DNA from: an uncultured Planctomycetaceae bacterium
GTDB taxonomy: Bacteria > Planctomycetota > Planctomycetia > Isosphaerales > Isosphaeraceae
Length of the DNA stretch: 64,000 nucleotides
Assembly (NCBI GenBank): GCA_963833985.1
Contig: CAWIAD010000002.1
Span: 288,001-352,000, forward strand
Direction: 5' to 3'
The stretch's first letter is position 1; every line of letters begins with the position of its first letter. The translations under genes were made by a program, and so were the position numbers. The notes under the pieces were generated by a model. It searched no databases. It was not told the origin of the DNA and saw only the letters and a list, made by a program, of their open reading frames with translations. Below, in pieces: positions 54,081 through 63,701 of this stretch.

Positions 54081-56180
54081 ATGAGGCGACCCATCCCCGA
54101 GGGATCATGGGCGATCGTTGCCCTGATCCTGACTCTGACCCTGGGAATTGCACTGTTTCCGGCTGCGGCCGCGCCGCCGCGCAAGAAGAAGACCGAGGGA
54201 ACTCCGCCCAAGGTTCAGGAGACGGTGGGAGACCTGGCTTATGTGCTCCAGGGAAGCGAAATCAAGGTGCAGGGCATCGGGCTGGTGACCGGTCTGGAGA
54301 ACACCGGTGCCGACCCTCCGCCCTCGTGGGAACGCGGCCAGCTTGTCGACGAGATGAGCAAGGCGGGGGTCGAACACGCCAGCAAGCTGCTGGCGAACCC
54401 GCAGTTTTCCATGGTCATCGTCAAGATGACCATCCGCGCCGGTGCTGATCCGAAGGACCGCTTTGACGTCGAGGTCGAGGTTCCTCCGGCTTGCGGCACC
54501 AAGAGCCTGGCGGGAGGCTATCTGATGGCCACCCGCATGCGGGAAATCCTGGTCGCCGGCGGAGCCCCGCGATCCGGCACGGACATGGCTTACGCACAGG
54601 GGCCGGTCATGATCGGCAGTGCGAAGGACCCCAACGATCTGAAGGCCGGCCGAGTTCTCGGCGGTGGGCGAGTCAAGAAAGAATCGCCGTTCATGCTCAT
54701 CATCAAGGAGAACCGGCGCAGTATCCGGACCGCGGCCATACTGGAAGGCGTCGTCAACCAGCGCTTCCACCAGGCGGAGGCCGGTGAGCAGAAGGGGGTC
54801 TGCACCGCCAAGAACGACGGCTTTCTGGTGCTCCGCATTCCGCCGCGCTATCACCAGAACCAGGAGCGCTACTTCCGCGTGGTTCAGCTCTTGCCCATGG
54901 TGGACTCGCCCGCCCTCCGCGCCCAGCGGCTGGCCACCTGGAGCAAGGAGCTGCTTGACCCGAAAACCAGCGGAGTGGCCGCCTTGCGCCTGGAGGGCCT
55001 GGGTGTCTCGGCCAGCGAGGTCTTGCAGACCGCCCTCGCCAACCCCAACGGCCAGATCCGCTTCTTCGCCGCCGAGGCGCTGGCCTATCTCGACGACCCG
55101 GCCGGCGCGGAAGCCCTCACCGAGACCGCCATTCGACTGCCCAGGTTCCGCGCTTACGCACTGGCGGCCCTGGCGGCCATGGACCAGTCCGCCGCTCACA
55201 TGGCCCTGCGCAAGCTGATGAGCGAAGCCGACACAGAGCTTCGCTACGGCGCGTTCAACGCGCTGCGGACCGCCGACCCGCACGACCCCTCGCTGGGAAG
55301 GGTTCACGTCCTGGACGACCCGCCGGCTGACGAGGAGCAGGAACAGGATACGACCGACTCGATGGCTCTCGCGTTCGCCAAGGCGGCCCAGAAACCACGC
55401 GCTGACGACCCCTTCACGCTTTACGTGGTGGATTCCGACGGCCCTCCCCTGGTACACATCTCGCGCACCCGCCGCTCCGAGGTCGTGATCTTCGGCCGTT
55501 CCCAGAAGCTCATGCCGCCCATCGTCCTGGGCACAGGCGCCATTCTTCTGAACGCGGCCGACAAGGACGACGAGCTGGAGATCTGCAAGATCGTACCCAG
55601 CCGCTTCGGCGACTCCGACGTGAAGCTGCGGCTATCGCTGGACCTGCCCGAAGTCATTCGCCGCGTGGCTAACCTGGGTGCCACTTACCCTGAGACCGTC
55701 GCGATTCTCGAAGCCGCGAACCGCCAGAAGAACCTTCCGGGCCTGCTGGTGGTTGATGCCGTTCCCGAGGCGAGCATGGATTACTTGCAGGCGGCCATCC
55801 TGGGCAAGGATCCGTCCAAGCCCGATCCTGCCGCGCATCGTACCGCCTCGGGGGGGTTCTCCCGGATACGCAGACTCTTCGGGATGCGCGACTCAGACCT
55901 CGCAGATAGCCCAGCCAGCAAATCCAGCAGCCTCAAAGACGCTTCGCCATCGGCGACCGCGGAGACAACCGCCGGCAAGCTTGCACAGAGCGCGAGCCCG
56001 GAGAACCCGGGCGCGACCACGACTCCCGTCAAGGTCGCCGACGGCGGCACAGACCCGCGCGACACGACCCGGTCCGCTCCCAAGAAAGATGACAGCCTTC
56101 AGCGAGCCAGCGGCGAGGAGCCCGGCGAGCCTCCTGCAAGGCCGCGCCTGCTGGACTGGCTTCGACGACGCTTCGAGTGA
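54081..56180 (+). CDS. FlgI (P-ring)-like protein fused to HEAT repeats
   Basis: Signal peptide; 'VQGIGLVTGLENTG', 'KSLAGGYL', 'AYAQGPV'; HEAT 'IRFFAAEALAYL', 'LRYGAFNALR'. Confidence 0.8.
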   Translation: MRRPIPEGSWAIVALILTLTLGIALFPAAAAPPRKKKTEGTPPKVQETVGDLAYVLQGSEIKVQGIGLVTGLENTGADPPPSWERGQLVDEMSKAGVEHASKLLANPQFSMVIVKMTIRAGADPKDRFDVEVEVPPACGTKSLAGGYLMATRMREILVAGGAPRSGTDMAYAQGPVMIGSAKDPNDLKAGRVLGGGRVKKESPFMLIIKENRRSIRTAAILEGVVNQRFHQAEAGEQKGVCTAKNDGFLVLRIPPRYHQNQERYFRVVQLLPMVDSPALRAQRLATWSKELLDPKTSGVAALRLEGLGVSASEVLQTALANPNGQIRFFAAEALAYLDDPAGAEALTETAIRLPRFRAYALAALAAMDQSAAHMALRKLMSEADTELRYGAFNALRTADPHDPSLGRVHVLDDPPADEEQEQDTTDSMALAFAKAAQKPRADDPFTLYVVDSDGPPLVHISRTRRSEVVIFGRSQKLMPPIVLGTGAILLNAADKDDELEICKIVPSRFGDSDVKLRLSLDLPEVIRRVANLGATYPETVAILEAANRQKNLPGLLVVDAVPEASMDYLQAAILGKDPSKPDPAAHRTASGGFSRIRRLFGMRDSDLADSPASKSSSLKDASPSATAETTAGKLAQSASPENPGATTTPVKVADGGTDPRDTTRSAPKKDDSLQRASGEEPGEPPARPRLLDWLRRRFE

Positions 56181-56434
56181 GCGCGTCCTCCATGTCTCCT
56201 TCCTGAGGCTGCCATGCGGACGTACATCGCAAGTTCCACAACGGCTCAGTCTTTCGCACTTCCCGCCTCGAATCCTATTATAGAAATTGGTCCGGCTTAT
56301 TTTTTCTCAAACTGACGCAAGTCTATTTCTCAGCTAGACTTCTACAACCCTTGCATCCCCCAGGAGAGGCTCCGGCGGATGAACTACTCCTGACCCCTCC
56401 TAAAGTCGCACGCCGTGCGGTTCGAATATTAGTC

Positions 56435-56570
56435 GTGACGGTCAGGTCCGCTACTGTGAAGGGTGACAGCCACCCCTCACGCGGCACGGTCCCGACCGCT
56501 TCCCGTGCTGACTGGGGCGGGAAGATCTTCCGTCCTTGATTCGGAGGGAGTCGAGTTCCCCATCCGTCAC
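56435..56570 (+). ncRNA. Candidate multi-branch structured RNA / 5' leader
   Basis: GTGACGG/CCGTCAC closing stem enclosing hairpins 56456-80, 56482-510, 56515-35 and 56546-60. Confidence 0.35.
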
Positions 56571-56857
56571 TCAACGCGCCGGCGCAGGCGACGTTCGGTC
56601 CTGAGCGGAGAGAAGTCACTGGTGCTTCGCTCGCTTCGGCAGAGCAACGCTTGCTCCGGGGTAGGAATAAAGGACGGGGGAGGGTCGGGGCGTCTCGCAC
56701 GATTGCCGTCTCTGCGGTGGCTCAACGACGCCTTTGGCGGCATGAGCCGGAACAAACCGCCGGGTCGGAGCTGTCACCGCGCCGACATCGTTCCTAACCG
56801 GAGGGAGGAGGAAACCTCCGTGGTCTCGCACCAAACTGGGCGAGTGGAGTCCTCGAG

Positions 56858-57433
56858 ATGAAGAAAGTATTCACAACTGGCCAGGTCGCGAAAATCTGTA
56901 AGGTCGCGCCCCGGACCGTGAGCAAGTGGTTCGATTCGGGTCGCTTGCGTGGTTATCGAATCCCCGGTTCCCAAGATCGGCGCATTCCGCGGGAACACCT
57001 CCTGCGGTTCCTCAAGGAGCATGGAATGCCCTTGGGCGATCTCGAGGCCGAGGTTTACAATAAAATCCTTGTCGTGGGAGCGGACGCTCCGCTCCAGGCC
57101 GTACTCCGGGAGCATCTCCGCGAGAGTGATGACTTCCGGATCGAGACCGCCGCGTCGGGGTTCGAAGCTGGCATCCGTGCCGAGAGCTTCCATCCCGACT
57201 GCATCATCATCGATATGGCCCTGGGTCGTATCGAGGCAGGCCAGATCGCACAGAACCTGCGCAAGAGCCCGGACCATCTGGGCACCATTCTCCTGGCGCT
57301 CACCAGCGACGAGCCCGGCGAGGAGACCTTTTCACTCGGCTTCAACGACGGGTTCAAGAAGCCGTTTGACGGGGCGCTCCTGGCCGAACGCGTTCGCCGA
57401 CTGATCTCCCAGAAGAAGGCTGAAGAGCCCTGA
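56858..57433 (+). CDS. HTH_17 (excisionase/MerR-like) + receiver-domain regulator
   Basis: KVFTTGQVAKICKVAPRTVSKWFDSGRLRGYRIPGSQDRRIPR; REC 'PDCIIID', 'ALTS', 'KKPF'. Confidence 0.9.
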   Translation: MKKVFTTGQVAKICKVAPRTVSKWFDSGRLRGYRIPGSQDRRIPREHLLRFLKEHGMPLGDLEAEVYNKILVVGADAPLQAVLREHLRESDDFRIETAASGFEAGIRAESFHPDCIIIDMALGRIEAGQIAQNLRKSPDHLGTILLALTSDEPGEETFSLGFNDGFKKPFDGALLAERVRRLISQKKAEEP

Positions 57434-57688
57434 TCTCGATGATGAGGCGGCGATCTACCCGAGGACCCGACGCCCCACTCTCCGGAACTCCTTACGGATC
57501 TTCGAGCTCGAGCCTTCCCCTGGTTCCCGGCCAGGAGGATCTCGGGCTCGTTGGTTTTTCTGACGGCATGCTGCGGCGTGCCCGACGCTGCGGACTTGAT
57601 TCTGCGCTGGCTCTCCGTTCATCCTGGGTTCCTGTGCTGATCCCACCGCCCTGGGATCTCCGCGAGAACACAGGCCCGGAGTACGAGC

Positions 57689-59368
57689 ATGACGGCGATC
57701 ACCGGGACGAGTCGATTCGCCGGCCGGCTGGCGGCGCTGTCCCATCGGCAGACTGGCGCTCTGGCGGCGACGCTCGCCGCACTGGCCGTCCTGCTGACGT
57801 TGCGTGATCCCGGCTTGACCATTGACGAGCCCCTCGATGTGCGGCCCGGCCGGACCTATGTGGCCGCGCTCTGGGCGGAGGGCTGGCGGTTCTTCGACCG
57901 CGGGGTCGTGGAGCGGGTGTTCCGGGACAATGCCGAACATCCGCCGCTGGGGCGATGGCTCCTGGGACTGGCCTCAACCCTGGGCCAGCCGTTTCAGATC
58001 ATGTTCTTTGGCGCTGATCCCACCGGCCTCTACGTGCTGGCGGGACGAATGGCCCCCGCGCTCGCCTTTGCCCTGCTGGTCGGCGTGGTGACCGCGGATT
58101 CAAGCCGGCGCTGGGGACGAGCTTCCGGGTTCTCAGCCGGCCTCGCGCTTTTGTTCATGCCCAGGGTCTTCGCCCATGCCCACCTGGCGGCGCTCGATAC
58201 GTTCATCAGCCTGTTCTGGACCATGGCCCTGCTCGCGGGAGCCAGGGCGATGGAGCCCACTGCCACACCGTGGGGAGGATTGCGGTCCGGCCTGCTCTGG
58301 TCGCTGGCGCTCTTGACCAAGATTCACGCCTGGCTGCTCTTGCCGGTTATGGTGGTCTGGACGCTCTCGCGACACCCCTGGCGTTCCGCCTGCCGGAGGC
58401 TGATTTGCTGGGGTGTGACCGGGCTGGTCTTTTTTTTCGCCGGGTGGCCATGGCTCTGGTACGACACCTGGTCGCACTGGAAAGGCTACCTCGGCACGTC
58501 GGTCCACCGCGCGACGATCCTGGTCGAGTATTTCGGCCGGACCTTCGCGGACCAGGACGTACCCTGGCATTATCCCTGGTTCTACTTCGCGGTCACGGTC
58601 CCGGTGGGCTTACAGGTGCTGGGCGCTTACGGTCTGCTCGCCGCCTGGCGATCGCGCCGGAGTGATCCGATGCCGTTGCTGCTGGCGGGGTCGATCCTCC
58701 TGTTCCTGTGCCTCTTCAGCACCCGCGTTCCCGTCTATGACGGCGAACGGCTGTTCCTGCATGTCTTTCCTGCCTGGGCCATGCTGATCGGCCTGGGCTT
58801 TGGAAGGATCTGGAACAACGGGATCTCCTATCGCATCGGGCCTCCTGTGCTTGCGCTGCTCTTGCTCTCTCAATGCTATGGCACCCTGACCCTGCACCCG
58901 TTCGGCCTGAGCTACTACAATGCTCTCACGGGCGGTTTGCGCGGAGCCGAAAAGCTGGGACTGGAACTGACCTACTGGGGCGATGCCGTCGACCACGTGC
59001 TGCTCGATCGCCTCTCGGCCGAGATTCAACCCGGCAGCACCGCGGCTCTTGCTCCAAGCCTGTACAGCGGACAGGGAATTCTCACGACCACCGCCCGGCT
59101 TGCCCGGCGCGGCGTGGTCCTCCAGGACCAGGAACAGGCCATGACGTCCGAATGGGTGATCGTCTACCGGCGCGAGGCCTACTGGCAGCCCGCGCTCAGG
59201 CGTCTGTTCGAGAGCGGACAGGGACGCCCCGTCTTCCTGCGAACCCGCCAGGGCGTCTGGCTGTCGTCGATCTGGCATTTTCCGCGCGCACCCGCAGGTG
59301 GCGGGCTCCCGCGGGACGCTGAGAATCACCCTCCTGCGGATCTGCGCCGTGCGCAACGTTGCCGTTAA
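57689..59368 (+). CDS. GT39/PMT_2 (ArnT-like) membrane glycosyltransferase
   Basis: TIDEP, EHPPLG, 'MPRVFAHAH.A.LD', LALLTK, VYDGERLF, SYYN, LTYWG. Confidence 0.88.
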   Translation: MTAITGTSRFAGRLAALSHRQTGALAATLAALAVLLTLRDPGLTIDEPLDVRPGRTYVAALWAEGWRFFDRGVVERVFRDNAEHPPLGRWLLGLASTLGQPFQIMFFGADPTGLYVLAGRMAPALAFALLVGVVTADSSRRWGRASGFSAGLALLFMPRVFAHAHLAALDTFISLFWTMALLAGARAMEPTATPWGGLRSGLLWSLALLTKIHAWLLLPVMVVWTLSRHPWRSACRRLICWGVTGLVFFFAGWPWLWYDTWSHWKGYLGTSVHRATILVEYFGRTFADQDVPWHYPWFYFAVTVPVGLQVLGAYGLLAAWRSRRSDPMPLLLAGSILLFLCLFSTRVPVYDGERLFLHVFPAWAMLIGLGFGRIWNNGISYRIGPPVLALLLLSQCYGTLTLHPFGLSYYNALTGGLRGAEKLGLELTYWGDAVDHVLLDRLSAEIQPGSTAALAPSLYSGQGILTTTARLARRGVVLQDQEQAMTSEWVIVYRREAYWQPALRRLFESGQGRPVFLRTRQGVWLSSIWHFPRAPAGGGLPRDAENHPPADLRRAQRCR

Positions 59369-59479
59369 GCCCGGGATCCCTGACCATGTTCGAGCGAAAC
59401 CAGGAAAGCCCACTAGCCGCGGCGCGGACAATTCGTAGAATACGTTCAGAATGAATTGAACGAAAACTGGGGCACGGTC

Positions 59480-60007
59480 ATGGACGCACTGACACACTTT
59501 GACGAGGCCGGTGCCAGCCGCATGGTCGATGTCTCCGCGAAGCCGTCCACCTTGCGCCTGGCGCGTGCCAGCGGGCAAGTTCAGATGCGTCCGGCGACAC
59601 TCGAGCTGATCCGGGACCGCCGCCTGTCCAAGGGCGACGTCCTGGAAGTGGCCCGGCTGGCAGGTATCATGGCGGCCAAGCGCACCGGAGATCTCATTCC
59701 CCTCTGCCACCCGTTGGGGTTGGACAGCATCGAGCTGGAGATTCGTGCGGCCGCCGTCGACGCCATCGCGATCGAGGCCACCGTGAGAGTCCAGGGCCGT
59801 ACGGGCGTGGAGATGGAAGCGTTGACGGCGGTGAGTGTTGCGGCACTTACTATCTATGATATGTGCAAGGCCGTCGATCAGACCATGGTGATCAGCCGGA
59901 TCCAGCTCGAGGAAAAGAGCGGCGGGCGGAGGGGGCACTTTCTACGCCAGTCCGTTACTGAAGGCGACCCGATCCGGGCGCCCGGCAACAGCGAGCAGCA
60001 CCGTTGA
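59480..60007 (+). CDS. moaC: Cyclic pyranopterin monophosphate synthase MoaC
   Basis: [52 protein letters not shown]. Confidence 0.98.
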   Translation: MDALTHFDEAGASRMVDVSAKPSTLRLARASGQVQMRPATLELIRDRRLSKGDVLEVARLAGIMAAKRTGDLIPLCHPLGLDSIELEIRAAAVDAIAIEATVRVQGRTGVEMEALTAVSVAALTIYDMCKAVDQTMVISRIQLEEKSGGRRGHFLRQSVTEGDPIRAPGNSEQHR

Positions 60008-60066
60008 TCCCGATCCAGGCGCTCAAGCATAACCAAGGCGATCCCGAAACCCGATTGGAGCGCCGC

Positions 60067-61074
60067 ATGGCCAATCGTCCTGTGCTCGAATTCGAAACCA
60101 CCAGGCGCACCCTCACGGACCTGTTCCAGCCGATCCGCTCCGAGCTCGCGGAAGCGGAGCGGATCTTCCAGCACGAGCTGCGCAGCCGGTTTGCATTCGT
60201 GCAACATCTCGTTGACCATTGCGGAGACTATCAAGGTAAACGTCTGCGTCCCGCGCTGCTCCTGCTCTCGGCCCGGGCCTGCGGCTCGATCACCGAGGCG
60301 CATCCGATACTGGCCGCTGTGGTGGAGATGATCCACACGGCGACCCTGGTTCATGACGATGTCCTTGACGAGTCCGTGATCCGTCGCCACGCCGCCACGG
60401 TCAATGCCGAATGGGGGAACGAGACGGCGGTATTGCTGGGAGACTACCTGTTCACGCATGCGTTCCACCTTGCTGCGTCGCTCGATTCCACGCTGGCCTG
60501 CCGCTGGATCGGCCGCGCGACAAATTCGGTCTGCGAGGGCGAGATGCAACAGATCCACGAGCGCGGCAACCTCGACCTGGACGAGCGCTCGTACTTCTCG
60601 ATCATCGAGGGAAAGACCGCCGAGCTGACCGCGGTCTCCTGCCGCCTGGGGGCCCATTACGCGGGTGCCGACGAGGCGACCACCATGTCTCTGGATCGCT
60701 ATGGCCGCAACCTGGGCATCGCCTTTCAGATCGCTGACGACATCCTGGACATCTGGGGTGAAGAGCGGTTGACCGGCAAGAGCCTTGGCACGGACCTCGA
60801 GAAGCAAAAGCTGACTCTGCCTGTGATTCACCTGCTGGAGAGCGTTGATCCCGCAACCGGCGCGAGCGTCCGCCGCATGCTGGATGAGGGAAGAGCGGAG
60901 TGCCGCAAGCAATTGATTCCCTTGCTTGAAAGAACGGGCACGCTCGAGTATTGCTGGCAACGCGCCGGCTGGCACGTCAAGGAAGCGGTCGACGCGCTGG
61001 AAGGCCTGAAGGAGTCGGAATCGAAGGCAGTGCTTCGCATACTGGCCAGTTACACGGTCCGGCGAAACTCCTGA
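60067..61074 (+). CDS. Long-chain trans-polyprenyl diphosphate synthase (IspB/HepT-like)
   Basis: GKRLRP, HTATLVHDDVLD, AVLLGDYL, GKTA, AFQIADDILD. Confidence 0.95.
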   Translation: MANRPVLEFETTRRTLTDLFQPIRSELAEAERIFQHELRSRFAFVQHLVDHCGDYQGKRLRPALLLLSARACGSITEAHPILAAVVEMIHTATLVHDDVLDESVIRRHAATVNAEWGNETAVLLGDYLFTHAFHLAASLDSTLACRWIGRATNSVCEGEMQQIHERGNLDLDERSYFSIIEGKTAELTAVSCRLGAHYAGADEATTMSLDRYGRNLGIAFQIADDILDIWGEERLTGKSLGTDLEKQKLTLPVIHLLESVDPATGASVRRMLDEGRAECRKQLIPLLERTGTLEYCWQRAGWHVKEAVDALEGLKESESKAVLRILASYTVRRNS

Positions 61075-61536
61075 CCGCGTCCTCGTCTGCGTCCGACCGT
61101 TCGCGGGTAGCCCGTCTCGATCACCCACGCGGTTCAATCCGCAGCTTCATGTGGGAACACCCAGAACACTCGATTCCAGCAAGCCGTGATCGGCGCTTTT
61201 TTTCTTCAGAAAGTCGTGCGCCGGACACGTTTTGAATTGCATCCTCTGTGTTCTCGGTTATGATAAACGCGCCTCCCGGAAAGGCCCGGAGGCAGACGGC
61301 GTCTCCGGTCCATCCCTCTCGTGGCGATCCATCCGCCAGCGATGGTCGGGAGATGCAAGAGGCTGTTCCAACCCGCCGCATGACCTCGTCCCGGCACCTC
61401 GCTGTCGCCCGGGTGAATGCCGTGATTTGAAGAAACGCAACCCGACGCATCCGCAACCCTCAAACGGCTGAAAGAAACTTGCAAGGTTGAAAAGAATCGG
61501 ATTCCCCGTATCCGGGACGGATTCTATAATCAAATC

Positions 61537-61995
61537 ATGGAACTCAAGCTGAAGCTGAAGCACCTGATGAGTCGCAAGGGCCTGAACGGGCAGAAGCTTG
61601 CTCGCCTCTCCCAGGTCAGCGACTCGGAGATCTCGCGGATTCTCCAGGGGAAATCGCGACCCGGCCTGGATAACGCGCTGCGCCTGGCGCACGCCCTGGG
61701 CGTGTCGCTCGACTATCTTGCCGATGACGCGCTCGACTCCGAACCGCCCGAGCCGGCCGACTCGCTCTCGACCGACGAACGCAAGATCTTGACCATGACT
61801 CACAAGATCGGCTGTCCCGAGGTGGCGATCGTGCTGGAAAACCTGCGCTTCCTGGGTTACGAGGTCGCCATGAGCCGTCTCGTGGGGGCCAAGCCGGTCA
61901 TCGAGATCGAGAAGGAATCGCCCGAGCACCGTCCTCCGCTCTCGGCACAGGGAGCTCCGGTCATGGCAGCACGCAGCAACTCGGTACCCGCTTGA
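61537..61995 (+). CDS. XRE-family HTH transcriptional regulator
   Basis: 'GLNGQKLARLSQVSDSEISRILQGKSRP...LAHALGVSLDYL'. Confidence 0.92.
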   Translation: MELKLKLKHLMSRKGLNGQKLARLSQVSDSEISRILQGKSRPGLDNALRLAHALGVSLDYLADDALDSEPPEPADSLSTDERKILTMTHKIGCPEVAIVLENLRFLGYEVAMSRLVGAKPVIEIEKESPEHRPPLSAQGAPVMAARSNSVPA

Positions 61996-62034
61996 GGCAT
62001 TGCACAAGTCAGCCTTCGAAGTGCGCAAGGACGG

Positions 62035-63489
62035 CTAGAATTGCTTGCGCTGACGGCTCGATGGGATGTTCAGTGCCTGGCGGTACTTGGTGACGGTGCG
62101 ACGGGCAACCTTGAGCCCCTGCCGCCCCATCTCATCGACGATCTCCTCGTCGGACAGCGGGTTCTGCTTGTCTTCCTTGGCGATGATTTCCAGCAGTTTC
62201 TGCTTGATCGTATCCCAGGCGATCTCCTCGCCGTCAGCCGTCATCGTACCGCCGCCGAAGAAGCGCTTCAGGGGAAAGATGCCCCGCGGAGTCTGGACCC
62301 ATTTGTCATCGACCGCCCGGCTCACGGTCGTGACATGCACGCCCACCCGGTCGGCAATCTGCTGCATCTTCAGCGGCTCGATGAATTCAGGGCCCTTGTC
62401 CAGGAAGACCCTCTGGTGATCGATGATCGCCCTGGCCACCTTCAGCAGCGTATTCCTTCGCTGCTCGATCGATTCAATCAGCCAGCGGGCGGACTGGATC
62501 CGCTTCTGGATGAACTCGCGCGCGGCCGGGTCGGTCTGCTTGTTGCGAAGCTGCTTCTGGTAATAGCGCGAGATCGACAGGTGCGGGGTGTGCTCGTCGA
62601 CCAGCCGCACACTATAGGAACCGTCCTCGGTGGGCTCGACGATCAGATCTGGAACCACATACTGGGTGCCGCTATCGGGTGAGTGTGACGCTCCCGGTTT
62701 GGGGTTGAGCCGGCGCAGGTGTTCGAGCGCCTCCTTGATGGTCTCGATCGGATATCCCGTTTTCTTCTCGATGGCCGGCAGCCGGTTGTGCTGAAGGTCA
62801 TCCAGATGCTGGCTGATCAGGGTCCGGAGCACGTCATGGCTCGGAGTCTCGGGAGTGAGCTGCAAGAGCAGGCACTCTCGCAGGTCACGCGCACCAACGC
62901 CGGGGGGATCCAGCCGCTGAACCAGCCTGAGCGCTTCTTCCGCATCTTGCACGCTGGCCCCGCCGTCGAAGTCGCGGACCACGTCGTGCAGGCTCAGTTT
63001 CAAATATCCATTATCATCCAGGTTGTAGATGATGTATTCGGCCAGTTTCTGAATCGCCAGGTCGCAGTCGAAGAATCCGAGTTGCTCGGTCAGGTCGTCA
63101 TGGAACGATCGAGGACGCGATGCCATGTTCTGCATGGCATCTTGCTTGCGGTCGCCCTCCTCACTGAGCGAGGCGCGGCTCCGGCGTGGTCCCTCGTCGT
63201 AGAGCTCGCTCCAGTTTTCATCCAGCCCGATCAAGCTGTCGAATTCATCGGGCTCGGACTCGGTCTCTGGCTCGGTGGTCGCGGTGGCTCCCGGCTCGTC
63301 GCTTTCCGTTTCGGAAGCAGGGGTGGAATCGCGCACGTCCACCAGGACCGGGTTCTCACTGAGTTCTTGCTCGATACGCTCCTGCAACGCCATGATCGGC
63401 AATTGCAGGATCTCCATGGACTGGATCATGCGGGGCGCCATCCGCAGGCGCATCTCGGTCCGCATTTGCTGGGAGGTATCAAGACGCAT
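62035..63489 (-). CDS. rpoN: RNA polymerase sigma-54 factor
   Basis: 'IQSMEILQLP', DPPGVGAR, TTVSRAV, RpoN box ARRTVTKYR. Confidence 0.98.
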   Translation of the reverse strand: MRLDTSQQMRTEMRLRMAPRMIQSMEILQLPIMALQERIEQELSENPVLVDVRDSTPASETESDEPGATATTEPETESEPDEFDSLIGLDENWSELYDEGPRRSRASLSEEGDRKQDAMQNMASRPRSFHDDLTEQLGFFDCDLAIQKLAEYIIYNLDDNGYLKLSLHDVVRDFDGGASVQDAEEALRLVQRLDPPGVGARDLRECLLLQLTPETPSHDVLRTLISQHLDDLQHNRLPAIEKKTGYPIETIKEALEHLRRLNPKPGASHSPDSGTQYVVPDLIVEPTEDGSYSVRLVDEHTPHLSISRYYQKQLRNKQTDPAAREFIQKRIQSARWLIESIEQRRNTLLKVARAIIDHQRVFLDKGPEFIEPLKMQQIADRVGVHVTTVSRAVDDKWVQTPRGIFPLKRFFGGGTMTADGEEIAWDTIKQKLLEIIAKEDKQNPLSDEEIVDEMGRQGLKVARRTVTKYRQALNIPSSRQRKQF

Positions 63490-63572
63490 CAGCTTCCCCA
63501 GTTCCGTCGTTTGGCGGAAAAGCAATCGGGGCCCGGAAGACTCCAGCCCCCGGTCGCCAGCAACGTTTCCTT

Positions 63573-63588
63573 AGCAATTATTATGCCA
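63573..63588 (-). promoter_or_regulatory. Sigma-54 -24/-12 site upstream of rpoN
   Basis: Minus strand TGGCATAATAATTGCT (GG-N10-GC), about 85 bp upstream of the rpoN ATG. Confidence 0.75.
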
Positions 63589-63701
63589 CAATATCCGCGG
63601 GATCAAGGGAAATGTGCTGACGAAGGCCAAAAAGGCCTCAATCGGGGCGGGCGGCCGGATCGAACCGGTCTCAGGGAGCGCGTTGAGGGGCGCGGGCCGC
63701 T

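Noticed and set aside
56405..56480. tRNA gene suggested by GGTTCGAAT
   Set aside because: No matching T-stem, acceptor stem or D-arm geometry.
56858..57433. Prophage excisionase / prophage with the XRE gene as repressor
   Set aside because: HTH_17 is fused to a receiver domain; no integrase or phage structural genes; neighbours are housekeeping genes.
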